A stretch of 64,000 nt of DNA from Candidatus Bathyarchaeota archaeon (GCA_963777155.1 CAVZPM010000037.1:1-64000), one strand, 5' to 3'. Counted from the first letter of the stretch, positions 22,986 through 33,080 are shown. Made by a program: numbers and translations. The notes: generated by a model not told the origin, from the letters alone.

Positions 22986-23314
22986 CTAGGGTTTCTTGAT
23001 GAACCGCCCTGTCTTCAAGTCTCTATATCTCGCTTGCTTGGCACCCTTAATGTTGACTGTTTCTATTCTCCAAGTGATAGCTCTCTTTCCAGCATTGTAG
23101 ACTTCAGAATAGCGTTTTCCTAGCATTGCTTTTTTATAAACGTCAGGAACATTGAAACCCAAGTTTTCAGCTTCTCTATTCAAAGCTTCCCATTGTCGAG
23201 TTAAACCTTTCCATCGTTGACCAGCCCACCAGCGAAAAGCAGTGGTAAATTGATGGTAAGACTCAAATCTGCCAATGCCCACATCGTTCTCAAATCTTCT
23301 GGGAACTTGTCCAT
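22986..23314 (-). CDS. Basic hypothetical protein of mobile-element type (frameshift near N-terminus)
   Basis: GGAG RBS and MDKFPE at 23314 joining ORF 22986..23282, which ends RYRDLKTGRFIKKP. Confidence 0.55.
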
Positions 23315-23399
23315 GTCAGTCGTCTCCTATAAGCAAAGAGATACCTCTCTTTTCCAGACCTGTATCGTAAACCACTTTTTCAACAAGGACTTATCATAG

Positions 23400-23548
23400 T
23401 GGATTTGATTGATAATTCTTGGCACCCATTCTTTCTTTTCGGTTCTCAGATATTTAGCAAACAAAAGAGCCTATTCGCTAATCAACGTGTCAATGGTTTG
23501 TCTTTTTCCGACCTTGATTCTTTCAATACTAACTTTGGAAAGAAAATT
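23400..23548 (-). pseudogene. cas1: C-terminal remnant resembling archaeal solo Cas1/casposase
   Basis: Manual translation FLSKVSIERIKVGKRQTIDTLISE*ALLFAKYLRTEKKEWVPRI; resemblance to Bathyarchaeia Cas1 C-termini recalled from memory, not searched. Confidence 0.5.
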
Positions 23549-23649
23549 TTAGCCCTCATGCCGATACTGCAAATGCTGCATAAAAATGGAGAGGGTCGGT
23601 TTTAAGTTTTCTTGGGGCTGGCAAAGTAGGGATGTAGGTGCATTGTCTT

Positions 23650-24069
23650 CTATTGAGTGAGCCGATAACTTGTTTCGTCGATTACTCCATTGTGATATGT
23701 TCCGTGCCACTCAAGGACCGCACCGCCTGAAGTGCAGACAGCCGTTATGGTATAGGTTGGGTCAGTGGCGTCTGCAGGGCGCTGAATGGTTAAGTTCCAT
23801 CCCTGATCTGGACTCGCGTAAAGGTAGGAGTCCTTTCCAGCTTCAAAATTATACCGTATTCCACCTTCCCAAGCAAAATTATGCATCATAAAAGATGTTT
23901 CGGGATGGTTGTCTTTAATATAACTGATTGTAGCTTCACGGGCTTTAATCTCGGGTGGAGTTTGACCGTTGAAAAGAAACAACCATACGCCAATCGTTAT
24001 TAACAGTATAGACGCAACCGCTATCACTAAAACGAATTTCTTCTTCATCAGCCCACCTTCTTTATCCAT
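23650..24069 (-). CDS. N-terminally anchored secreted protein
   Basis: MKKKF followed by TM, then soluble domain. Confidence 0.65.
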   Translation of the reverse strand: MDKEGGLMKKKFVLVIAVASILLITIGVWLFLFNGQTPPEIKAREATISYIKDNHPETSFMMHNFAWEGGIRYNFEAGKDSYLYASPDQGWNLTIQRPADATDPTYTITAVCTSGGAVLEWHGTYHNGVIDETSYRLTQ

Positions 24070-24306
24070 GCGCTAATTCGGTATAAGAAACTTTGCAAGC
24101 TAGAGCATCCACTAACAAAAAAAGCGCATTCCCCAATAATTATCCAGCAAGCACAGGGGCACAGGATAATTCAAAAAAATACTGTGAAAATAGTGGATAT
24201 TTATTTGAGTTTTTGCAATTTAATTTCGGCATCCGCCTCAGAGATAAACGGCAAATGGTTTAGAGAAATAAATGCTGGGCATATTTCTGTGTGAAAAAGC
24301 TCATGA

Positions 24307-24687
24307 CTATTTTTGGTTATCAGGTTTTTGGGGAGACCTCAATTGGTTTCTTATTATTATGAAAAGCGCAAAAAAGAGTATACCTGCTGTGATGCCTGAA
24401 GTGATGCCCATGATGTACAAAGCCTCCCACGCCGGCATAGAGGTGCTCAGGTACTTGAACGACCCGATAAGTATGAACAGGGAGGCTGATCCGATTAATG
24501 AAATTCCCAGAGCCATCAAAACACTGCTAATTATGCTTATTATGAGCAGTCTTTTGAGGCGTTTCTTGAAAGCTGCTTCCGCTTCATTCACGTATTCTTT
24601 GAGGAGAGCTTTTATCTCACTTAGAATTGCCCCGATTATTTCCCTTAATGAAATCTTTTCTGACATTGACAATTTCGCCTCTTCCAA
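24307..24687 (-). CDS. Phage-holin-like/YqjE-like 2-TM protein
   Basis: Amphipathic N-terminus then two TM helices; downstream of CsbD. Confidence 0.6.
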   Translation of the reverse strand: MEEAKLSMSEKISLREIIGAILSEIKALLKEYVNEAEAAFKKRLKRLLIISIISSVLMALGISLIGSASLFILIGSFKYLSTSMPAWEALYIMGITSGITAGILFFALFIIIRNQLRSPQKPDNQK

Positions 24688-24775
24688 AATATCCGCTTGA
24701 TCTCAAATTTTTTGATTTCTTGAAAACTTATTTGGGATGATTATTGAAGCGTTGAATGGCTTGTCTTATGCTTTG

Positions 24776-24940
24776 TTAAGCTTTTCTTTTTGCTTTGCCT
24801 ACTTCTTCCTGGACCTTGCCTTGTACTTGTTGTACTTTGCCCTTAATTTGTTCAGTTTTGTCGCCTGTTATTTTGCCTAAGCCTTCGCGGACTTTGCCTT
24901 CTCCCTGTTTAATTTTACCTTTAGTTTCATCTTTGCTCAT
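24776..24940 (-). CDS. csbD: CsbD family general stress protein (54 aa, not in ORF track)
   Basis: MSKDETKGKIKQGEGKVREGLGKITGDKTEQIKGKVQQVQGKVQEEVGKAK. Confidence 0.9.
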   Translation of the reverse strand: MSKDETKGKIKQGEGKVREGLGKITGDKTEQIKGKVQQVQGKVQEEVGKAKRKA

Positions 24941-24985
24941 AAAAATTCACTACAGACTATTGTCTCACCGTTTTTATTAAACGTG

Positions 24986-25009
24986 TGTGACTGCTATCTC
25001 ACACCAACA
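24986..25009 (-). promoter_or_regulatory. 24-bp regulon palindrome (csbD promoter)
   Basis: Minus strand TGTTGGTGT gagata GCAGTCACA cacgTTTAATAA. Confidence 0.75.
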
Positions 25010-25158
25010 AACAATGCATCTAATCGTGAGAATACACAATCACCTTTATGGTTGCAAAAAACTGGAAAGGAGCCGATAATGAAAAAAATGTGTTCGGGTG
25101 GTAATTTTTCTTAGCGAAAAAGAATACTTTCGTTCACCCCAACGTGCGTCAAGGAGTA

Positions 25159-25356
25159 CTACTTCTTTTGTCTTACGGCGACCTTAGCTTTCAATTCGAA
25201 GATAGTGTCTTCGCCGGTTTTTCCAACACCAAAGTTCCATTCTAATACTTCAACTTCCATGTCTTTGAAGTGTGAAACCCAGGTTTTCTGGAATTCGTCC
25301 CATTTTTCACCCATCTTCTGTATCTGTTCCTTAACGTCTATTTTTTGTTCTGGCAT
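25159..25356 (-). CDS. Small hypothetical protein
   Basis: GGAGGTG RBS, 65 aa. Confidence 0.7.
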   Translation of the reverse strand: MPEQKIDVKEQIQKMGEKWDEFQKTWVSHFKDMEVEVLEWNFGVGKTGEDTIFELKAKVAVRQKK

Positions 25357-25422
25357 AATTTATTACACCTCCTAACTCAACCATTTTTTTGTTAACGATT
25401 TCGGGTAGTATTTTGGCGTATG

Positions 25423-25582
25423 TTATACTCTGCGCCCTGAAAGCAGCCGGACCAATATTATGATGACGGCTATGACAAGCAGTACCCATATGATGGTGCC
25501 AAGGTTGAAGATGAAAAAGCCTAAGAAGCCATAGTATGATAAGAATCACAGCAACCGCGAAAAGAAAATCAAGTGCTCCCAT
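25423..25582 (-). CDS. lmo0937/DUF5670-like small membrane protein (frameshift)
   Basis: Repaired reading MGALDFLFAVAVILIILWLLGFFIFNLGTIIWVLLVIAVIIILVRLLSGRRV. Confidence 0.8.
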
Positions 25583-25630
25583 TTTCAAAAACCTTCACTT
25601 ACCCATAACTCGGTAGCCTATTTTAAGATG

Positions 25631-25654
25631 CGTGACTGTGAATAGACAGTAACA
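25631..25654 (-). promoter_or_regulatory. 24-bp regulon palindrome
   Basis: Minus strand TGTTACTGT ctattc ACAGTCACG catcTTAAAATA. Confidence 0.75.
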
Positions 25655-25787
25655 ACTTCCAAGAGCATCCGCTAAGCCAAGAAAAATAACTGCCTAAAAA
25701 TAGAAGCGAACCTCTCCTCAATATAAGCACACTTTTAGGCTAAAAAACAGCTAAATTTACCCACTAAAAAAGAAAGAAAGATGATGC

Positions 25788-25997
25788 TTACTGCTTGTTG
25801 ACTTTGCTCTTCCAGTAAAGCAGAATCGCACCCGTCACAGTGGATGCTAACGCAGTCGCCGGAGCCTTAATCTCCAGCGGGATCGGCAAAGAAGCAACAA
25901 ACGTAGTAGCAGCGCCCGCAACTGTGCCAGCCAAAACGATCAGGGCTTCCTTATTCTCAGATACCTCTATCTCATCAACCAAACAAATCACCTCCAA
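25788..25997 (-). CDS. Small 2-TM protein (holin- or virion-protein-like)
   Basis: GGAGGTGA RBS; two short hydrophobic helices; next to right element end. Confidence 0.55.
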   Translation of the reverse strand: MEVICLVDEIEVSENKEALIVLAGTVAGAATTFVASLPIPLEIKAPATALASTVTGAILLYWKSKVNKQ

Positions 25998-26166
25998 GAA
26001 GCGTTAACAGGAAAAAATCATTTTGAAAGTATTCAGTGAGAGTAAGAGTAGAGGAGTAGGAGTAGATTTTAGTTGGTAAATCAGAGAGAGAAAGATTAAA
26101 TTCTAATCCAATCAACCAACCACTTCAAAATTAGAGGCAGTTTTAGAAACAAGGAAGCATGAACGT

Positions 26167-26517
26167 TTATACCCACTTTGTTTGAGACTGTGAATATAGT
26201 TTTCTCAGTTGTAGAACCTGCCAAAAAACAGCAATCCACGACAAAATTGTAAGTACAACTAATAGTCCAGACTGGATAACGTATCGGTAATACTGAATAT
26301 CTGTCTGGTTTACTGGAACAAGTACTTGCAATACAACTCCTGTCGGTGTTTTTGGCCATGGAAGAAAAGTGTATCCTGGAGTTGACCATTTGAGGGTTCC
26401 TTCATATTCGTAAATATGAGAGGCTACATAGTGGGCAGAAAAACTGTAAACTGAAATGACCATCGCTACTGAAATTAAAACAGCTAAAACAATCTTCGCT
26501 TTTTTGCTTTTTTTCAT
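26167..26517 (-). CDS. 2-TM membrane protein flanked by two GATTA-N5-TAATC sites
   Basis: ORF track; sites at 26094 and 26582. Confidence 0.65.
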   Translation of the reverse strand: MKKSKKAKIVLAVLISVAMVISVYSFSAHYVASHIYEYEGTLKWSTPGYTFLPWPKTPTGVVLQVLVPVNQTDIQYYRYVIQSGLLVVLTILSWIAVFWQVLQLRKLYSQSQTKWV

Positions 26518-26697
26518 GCTGTTCGATTAACTATTTAAGTTTTTTATGGGTCTTAAATTTTTCTATAGACTGAAAAGTGACAATTAAGATTTAATCCAAC
26601 CAACAAATTAACTTAGTTTTGTAATTCGTATAAGTACCCTTTATTAATAAAATAACTCAAGTTTCATTTAGGTGGGCTCTTCGACAAGTAACTTTAA

Positions 26698-26871
26698 CTA
26701 TTCAAGTTCTTCACTTGAAACAAGAATTACGGGGTACTGTTTTGAACCACCTGATTTGTTACCAGTGTTTTCGTGGCCGTTCATGCATCTCATTCCATAT
26801 CTAGTTTTAGCTGGATTTTCCCACATCTTCTCAGTTGGTCCACCACATATTGGGCACTTAAAATTTTTCAT
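26698..26871 (-). CDS. 57-aa zinc-ribbon protein (not in ORF track)
   Basis: GGTGA RBS; MKNFKCPICGG...RCMNGH. Confidence 0.65.
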   Translation of the reverse strand: MKNFKCPICGGPTEKMWENPAKTRYGMRCMNGHENTGNKSGGSKQYPVILVSSEELE

Positions 26872-27152
26872 TTATTTTCACCAAAACCGAAAAAGTCAAA
26901 AGTAAATAAGTCGTTGCTGTGTTTTTCCAAGTTCTTCCGCTCTGTATGCGTATTGTTGGCTTGTTTCTTTAAGCCTTCCTATCGGTTTTTCCCTCTGCTT
27001 TGTGAGAAGCTCTCCTTTCTCCTCAAACAAAAGGGTGACTCTAAGGCTTAAAGGAATAGTTCAACCTGGAATAAATCAAAAGAAAACAACTTAGTAAGCT
27101 ACTTTCAATTAGTTAGAAATTAATGGAGAATCACACAACAATACACAAGATT

Positions 27153-27536
27153 TTATATGCCTTTGATGGATTCGTTTAATTTCCTAAGTTCTTCTTTCTC
27201 TTCCGCTTCCAACTCTTCCTTTCGCTTTATATCTGCAAGTTCCTTGTTTTTCTGAGCGATACACGCAACGTTGGCTTGCTCCAAGTACTTATCCATCAAT
27301 TTAATGTCGTTTTTGAGTCCATCCATTGTTGACTCAAAATCAAGCGTGTTATCTGACGCAAATCGAGCATTTGATGGATGTGTTTTGTTATGTTGGCTAC
27401 TTATAGGGTTTCTAAAATACTGTAGCCAATTCACATTAGGAGCCGAGCTTAGGTGAATACGAACCCATAAATCATCACCAGTCTTGCTCACTACCTCTGC
27501 TGAACCGACCCGTCTAATGTTTGAAGACTCAGACAT
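27153..27536 (-). CDS. Hypothetical protein with C-terminal coiled coil
   Basis: 127-aa ORF with plausible composition. Confidence 0.65.
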   Translation of the reverse strand: MSESSNIRRVGSAEVVSKTGDDLWVRIHLSSAPNVNWLQYFRNPISSQHNKTHPSNARFASDNTLDFESTMDGLKNDIKLMDKYLEQANVACIAQKNKELADIKRKEELEAEEKEELRKLNESIKGI

Positions 27537-27736
27537 TGCTTGTCATCATTTGAGAATAAACAGTGTACATAATTATAATCTTTCCTTGTAAAATCAACAA
27601 CCCATACTGACTATCCAAAGTTTTGTTCTAGTGGACCGATATACGTTCCTCTTATCTATTTGTCTGAGTTTTAATTTTTTTGGTGCGCTAAAATTTAATC
27701 AAAAAAAACTTGGTGGTGGCTAACATTTTAGTATAT

Positions 27737-27948
27737 TTAGTGGTATTCGTGTGACTTTTGGTCGGAGACGGGTTCGTGTCCTGCTTTTTTGGCTCTGGCT
27801 TTGCCCTCAGCTGCTCGTGCTTTGTTTCGAGCTTTGTCCATTTTGCCTTTGTGTCGCTCTCTCTCAGTGATAGTTGTTTTATCTGCTTTTTCAGAAGTTT
27901 TGCTCTTCTTTTTTCGTCGTTCATAAAATCCCTGATATTTTGCTCTCA
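27737..27948 (-). CDS. Small lysine-rich protein
   Basis: MRAKYQGFYERRKKK...; a competing overlapping frame exists. Confidence 0.4.
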
Positions 27949-28032
27949 TTGTGTTTAATAAAAATATAGGGTGACTCAAATTCTAAATTTGGGCATTTTG
28001 TATTGTTCGGTAGTCCTTGTGTTTTGACGACT

Positions 28033-28215
28033 TACTACTACTCTCTCTAAGACACACAAATAAGCGAATGAACCAAGTCTTTAAAGCTAAATCCTCAATA
28101 AAGAACCCGTAGGAACATTAGCAAAATGGCTAATAAGAGCAATTAGTGCGGACTTCTTAAGACTAAAAAAGGGGAAAGATAGTTTTGTTTGCTTTTTATT
28201 TATGGTTTTTTTCTG
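28033..28215. repeat. Conserved 3' tail class A of beta-propeller genes (also 36746-36928)
   Basis: Near-identical ~180 bp from ctactactctctctaagaca to ...gatagttttgtttgct. Confidence 0.9.
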
Positions 28216-30851
28216 AGCATCAACAGTGCAAGAACTGCGCCGACAAGAATTATTGCGACAATAATGCCGATTATGCCTGGTACAAAGTATAGATCAGCTG
28301 CCGAAGGTGCCTGTGTTGGTTGTGAAGTTGCTGTTGCATGTGCTTCGTCAACGACGAAAGCTGTTTGATCGTATGATCCATAGTATGCTTTGGAGCCTGC
28401 GAAGGTTGCGATGACTGTATATTTACCGGAAATGTCTGGCATCCAACTTAAGCTGTAGCTACCTGAGGAGTCGCTTGTGGTTGTTCCAATTTCACGGAAG
28501 TTTCCGTTTGCATCAACCACTGAGATTGTAACTGGAACACCGGTTGCATTGGTTGGCATCTCGAATTGCTTGTAGATATAGAGCATATATTGGCTTTGAC
28601 TTGCATCAGAGACTGCTGGAACACCGTTGGGGAACCGTAGTGCAATGCGTGAGTCGGTTGTGCCTGGTGAATTGTCGGTTACTCTTCCTGCTATGAGTAC
28701 ACTTTGTCCTGGTGCAGCGCCAAGGTCTGGAGCTGACACAGTGATTTTGCTTGCGCCTTTACCCATTGCATAGATCTGTAAGTCGTATGTATCGTAGCCT
28801 GCGATGATGCTGTCACCCATGACCGGGTTACCACCCCAACGAGTTTCACGCATCAAACCGTTTATGCGGAAGATTTCACTGCCGTCGGTTGCGTTAACAC
28901 AAGCGAATGGTCCGCCTCTTGGCATTGGACTGTTAGCAGAGTGCTCGAGAGTGCCGATGTAGACTTTGCCGGCTGCGATTAGGTCGATCCAGCCCCACCA
29001 GTTTTCACCAGTGACTGGCTCGTTGTACGGATCTTTTAGAGTGTAGGTCCATTGTGTGTTGCCATTTGAAAGATCATATGCATACATGATGCCTGCGAGA
29101 CCAACTGAGTACAGTTTGCCATAGGCAAAGTACCAAGTGTGTTCACCAGCGCCCGAACCGTATAGGTCAAGATAGTTTTCAGGTTCAGTAGCCCAGAGGT
29201 ATGATCCGTCGACAAGGCTGAAGCCGTAATGGGTTCTTAGTTCTTTGCTAAATACTGCCATGACACCGTTGCCATAAGTATCGTCTTTGACGTAGTTTGA
29301 TGCGCCAGTGTAGTAGAGTATGTTTGAACCTTCAAGCCATTCAGAGGGTGCTGCCCAGGTTTTGTCGAATATTGTTCCGATTGATTGTGTGTTTTTGGTT
29401 GCATTGCGAGTTGCAGTTATGCTGTCGATTGGTAGACCCCATAGACGCACCATGGTTTGGTTGTAGGCCATACCGACAACTCTGTCGCCGTAGTAGGCTC
29501 TAATATAGTTTGGTGAAGGCAAGCCTTTGGGTATGGTTACGTTCCATGAGTAGCATTTGGCTAGTGAACCGTTTAGGAATCTTTCAACTGGGAAAGCTGA
29601 ATTTATCTGCTGACCTATAGCGTTAGTTGGGTTTGTAGGGCCACCTGCGTCGCGTGCGCCTCTACCGTTTGCATCCATGCCTAAGACACCGAAGTCCCAG
29701 CTGCCATATGTTGGTTGTCCGAGAACGGCATTTTGTAGACCTGCAAGGGTAGAATTCCAAAGTGCCATCCAGCCGGCGTTGTAGTTGATTTGGTAGATGA
29801 GGATTTCTCCGTTTGGACCCCAGATTCTTGTGCCTGAGGGTACGCTGTGGAACATGAACTGGAATGAGCCATCGTTTGTGCTGTAGGCCGTGTAGTTGTT
29901 GCCGTTTACTGACCAGAGGTAGTTCCATACTCCGTTAACGTTGTAGCTTGGATAGAACATCGTCTGACCAAAATTCAGGAATGTTCCGTTTAAGAACCAA
30001 AGCTTCTCGCCTGTATGCAGATCGATTGCTTGAATGCCTGGTATGCTGGTTTGCGCGTATAAGCCGTTTCCTTGGGCGTTGTAATATAGTACTCCGTTGA
30101 TAACTACCGCGTTTGCGAATCTGCCTTCATATGCGTCGCCACCGTACATATCTGCAATTATATTGTTTTCGCCATCGTACAAACCGCCCGATATGCCACC
30201 TTGCTCATATGGAGTAGCCCATAGGATGTGGGGAGTCTCAGGAGCGTTATCTTGGTACTGTGCAAACGAGTTGAATGGTCGTTCTACCCAGTTGCCTGAG
30301 ATTGAATACCATTCTCTTAACTGTGGATCGATTGGGCGACTCCAATACTCAGTTGGTAAGGCATGACCAGGATAGAATTGTACATCTACGGATTCAACTA
30401 CTTCCAATGTCGTTGATATGGAGCTTGCTAGAAGTATAGTGCCTTGTTGTGTTGGTGCAATTCTTCCAGATACTAAGGCTGTTATTGGAAATGTGTTGTT
30501 AGGGAAGTTTGTTGTTATGGTGTAGTTTCCTATTTGGGTTGGTACATATGTGGTGTAGGTTGAGCCTGTAGAGTCAGTTGTGAATGGACCAAGAGTCTCG
30601 GTTGTTCCGTCTGGTTTTGTGACGGTAATGGTGATTCCACTCCAGCCATAAGATGCTGATGGTGCCGCCTCTGAGATACCACATTTAAGTAGTGTCTCCT
30701 GGCCAACACCGACAGGGTTAGGAATGGCATCGGCAATTGGATAGGTTTTCTGTGTCGCTTGTGCTTTTGCTGGTTGTATAGGTATTGTTGCAATTATTGA
30801 TACTAAGAATGCAACTAAAATCAAAGTAGATAGTATTTTCTTAAAATGCAT
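28200..30851 (-). CDS. PQQ-like beta-propeller surface protein, paralogue 2
   Basis: Intact 883 aa with family motifs, TM+RKKP. Confidence 0.88.
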   Translation of the reverse strand: MHFKKILSTLILVAFLVSIIATIPIQPAKAQATQKTYPIADAIPNPVGVGQETLLKCGISEAAPSASYGWSGITITVTKPDGTTETLGPFTTDSTGSTYTTYVPTQIGNYTITTNFPNNTFPITALVSGRIAPTQQGTILLASSISTTLEVVESVDVQFYPGHALPTEYWSRPIDPQLREWYSISGNWVERPFNSFAQYQDNAPETPHILWATPYEQGGISGGLYDGENNIIADMYGGDAYEGRFANAVVINGVLYYNAQGNGLYAQTSIPGIQAIDLHTGEKLWFLNGTFLNFGQTMFYPSYNVNGVWNYLWSVNGNNYTAYSTNDGSFQFMFHSVPSGTRIWGPNGEILIYQINYNAGWMALWNSTLAGLQNAVLGQPTYGSWDFGVLGMDANGRGARDAGGPTNPTNAIGQQINSAFPVERFLNGSLAKCYSWNVTIPKGLPSPNYIRAYYGDRVVGMAYNQTMVRLWGLPIDSITATRNATKNTQSIGTIFDKTWAAPSEWLEGSNILYYTGASNYVKDDTYGNGVMAVFSKELRTHYGFSLVDGSYLWATEPENYLDLYGSGAGEHTWYFAYGKLYSVGLAGIMYAYDLSNGNTQWTYTLKDPYNEPVTGENWWGWIDLIAAGKVYIGTLEHSANSPMPRGGPFACVNATDGSEIFRINGLMRETRWGGNPVMGDSIIAGYDTYDLQIYAMGKGASKITVSAPDLGAAPGQSVLIAGRVTDNSPGTTDSRIALRFPNGVPAVSDASQSQYMLYIYKQFEMPTNATGVPVTISVVDANGNFREIGTTTSDSSGSYSLSWMPDISGKYTVIATFAGSKAYYGSYDQTAFVVDEAHATATSQPTQAPSAADLYFVPGIIGIIVAIILVGAVLALLMLRKKP

Positions 30852-31030
30852 TTTTTCTTCTCCTTAAAGTTCTGAGGTCTTTAATGTACCAATTTGCTTT
30901 TAAATTTATGTATATTCGCGTAGGTCCGCACCGTTTTGTTCCTGCTAGCTTTAGCTGTACCGTTTCTCTGAAAAGGCAGGTTTCCGTCCTGTTCTATATG
31001 ATGATTCTTTACTTTTAGAATTTGGAAGGT

Positions 31031-31080
31031 ATGGAACCCCTTTATGGCCCCGAGTCCTGAGGGGTGCGTAGGGGTTCCAT
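31031..31080. repeat. Strong GC hairpin ATGGAACCCCT...AGGGGTTCCAT
   Basis: 11-bp perfect outer stem, inner CCCC/GGGG. Confidence 0.75.
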
Positions 31081-31340
31081 GTTCAATTTTTACGAAGCTT
31101 CTAGTTTTTACGTTGCGTGTCTTTCAATCAAAATTTAATCTTTCTCTCTCTAATACACACAAGACAAACAAACAGATAAAAATAAAAAAGTCCAGACATT
31201 GGATTGTTTTTTTGTTCTAAAAGACCGAACGCTTCACAATTGACGCCTACGCTGAGGTGGAAGGTTAATTTGCTCTCATTGAAAGAGTAATTTAAAATAC
31301 TTCAGTCTTAGTGTGTTTTTCAAAAAGAAAGGTGTAACCT

Positions 31341-32609
31341 ATGGCTTTAGATCCAGTTCTGAGGGCAATAGTGACCATATGCATATTGGTTTTCTCAGCT
31401 AAGGTACTGGGTGAAATTTTTTCGTGGAGAAAAATTCCCTCTGTTCTGGGCGAGTTGCTTGCAGGAATCCTGCTTGGACCGTACGCTTTAGGCTCTCTAA
31501 TCGCCATAAATGGAGCACCTGTAATTGAAATAAACGAAATTGTCCGAGCATTCGGAGAGATAGGCGGCATACTAATCCTTTTTGTGGCGGGTTTAGAGAT
31601 GACTTTTAGAGATTTCCGAAAAGTCGGCACAGCAGGATTTGTCATCGGAACACTCGGCGTTATTATTCCGTTCATAATGGGTTACGGACTTTCGATAGCT
31701 CTCGGGTTAGACACAATAACGGGTTTGGTAGTTGGTGCGGCGCTTGTAGCCACAAGCATCTCTATAACCGCTTTGGTTCTGCAAGAACTTAATCAATGCA
31801 GAAAGGTAGAATCAAGAATAATGATCAGCGCTGCGGTTGTTGATGACGTGTTGGGACTGGCAATCTTAGGTGTCATCGTCTCATTCATATCCACCTCAGC
31901 CCCTATTACTCCATTAAGCGTGATTGTCGTAATTTCTACTTCTCTTGCATTATGGTTAACCTTGACAGTTTTTGCAGCGATTATTCTTCCAAAAATAATT
32001 AATTTTACTTCGAAAGGAAAAGAAGGAGTTGTTGAGGCAGCAGCTACGGCATCATGTTTTGGTGCTTCCGCGTTAGCGGCTGTCTTGGGTTTGTCACCTA
32101 TTGTGGGTGCTTTTGCTGCAGGTATGGCTGTTGCGAGTTCCAATGCGATTGAGAAAATACGCGATTACACCAAGAAAATAAGCATTGTTTTTTCGCCTGT
32201 ATTTTTTGCGTTGGCAGGAGCACAATTTGACATTAGGAGCTTTATTACTTCTGACTGGTTCTTCTATCTCTTCTTCATAGCACTCGTTGTAGTAGCTATT
32301 ATTAGCAAAATGATTGGATGTGGAATCCCAGCTGCCTTCTTTTTGAAAGACCGCTCAAAAGGTGCTAAAGTAGGTTATGGAATGATTTCACGAGGAGAAG
32401 TAGGACTTATAGTGGCTGGAGTTGCCATCTCAGCAGGAGCTATTACACAAAGCACGTATGCCGCAATCTTGGGAATGATCATGGTAACGACAGTTTTAGC
32501 GCCCATACTTTTGAGAAGAGCGTACGATAAAGACCCACCTGAAGAAATAACATGCCAAACAGACGAAGACACAAACGCACCCGACTACATGCCCACTTAT
32601 CCACTTTAA
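31341..32609 (+). CDS. Cation:proton antiporter (CPA2, NapA/KefB-like)
   Basis: GELLAGILLGP, ATSISIT, AAVVDD, GMISRGEV. Confidence 0.93.
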   Translation: MALDPVLRAIVTICILVFSAKVLGEIFSWRKIPSVLGELLAGILLGPYALGSLIAINGAPVIEINEIVRAFGEIGGILILFVAGLEMTFRDFRKVGTAGFVIGTLGVIIPFIMGYGLSIALGLDTITGLVVGAALVATSISITALVLQELNQCRKVESRIMISAAVVDDVLGLAILGVIVSFISTSAPITPLSVIVVISTSLALWLTLTVFAAIILPKIINFTSKGKEGVVEAAATASCFGASALAAVLGLSPIVGAFAAGMAVASSNAIEKIRDYTKKISIVFSPVFFALAGAQFDIRSFITSDWFFYLFFIALVVVAIISKMIGCGIPAAFFLKDRSKGAKVGYGMISRGEVGLIVAGVAISAGAITQSTYAAILGMIMVTTVLAPILLRRAYDKDPPEEITCQTDEDTNAPDYMPTYPL

Positions 32610-32864
32610 GCTAAAGTTTCTATGAAATGGTTGTTTCATTTGATTGGCTAAGGGGCTCCATCCATTGTATAAATTTAGCAACAAATGAATGACCCAACGC
32701 AACCAATGAAGCTACAAACAACCCGTTAAAGACACTTAGTATCACCAGTTTCCAAAGTCAGTCCAAACAAAAAAATACTGGAATGTGTTCCATAGGTTCG
32801 TGATTAGGTTTTTTGTCGAGCTAAAACATTTTCGATATTTTTCCGTTTTGCATTTCTCAATTTG

Positions 32865-33080
32865 CTAAACATGATATGCAGAATCTGTCGGAGGATGCAT
32901 CCAGTATATTTTATTTACACTTCCGCAGTTTTTGCACAGGTAATCTACGATTACATGATCTTTTTTAGCTTCCTCTGCAATCATAGTGGCAATTTTATGC
33001 TTGTCATCTGGAGGATAAGCGTCATAGGGAACGCCACATTTTGTACAACTAAAATTTTTGTGTTTTATTTTTTCGCTCAT
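32865..33080 (-). CDS. Small double-CxxC zinc-ribbon protein
   Basis: CTKCG...YPPDD.H...CKNCG. Confidence 0.7.
   Translation of the reverse strand: MSEKIKHKNFSCTKCGVPYDAYPPDDKHKIATMIAEEAKKDHVIVDYLCKNCGSVNKIYWMHPPTDSAYHV

Larger units (their letters stand above)
22511..26108. mobile_element. Degenerate integrated element (casposon-like or tyrosine-recombinase type)
   Basis: Exact 15-bp direct repeat GATTAAATTCTAATC at 22511-22525 and 26094-26108; inward terminal inverted repeats TTTCTCTCTCT / AGAGAGAGAAA with further degenerate CTACT..ACTCTCAC match; Cas1-like remnant inside. Confidence 0.65.

Noticed and set aside
20551-24117. Weak regulon-motif matches at 20551-20574 and 24094-24117
   Set aside because: Correct TATA spacing but only one good half-site each; not counted.
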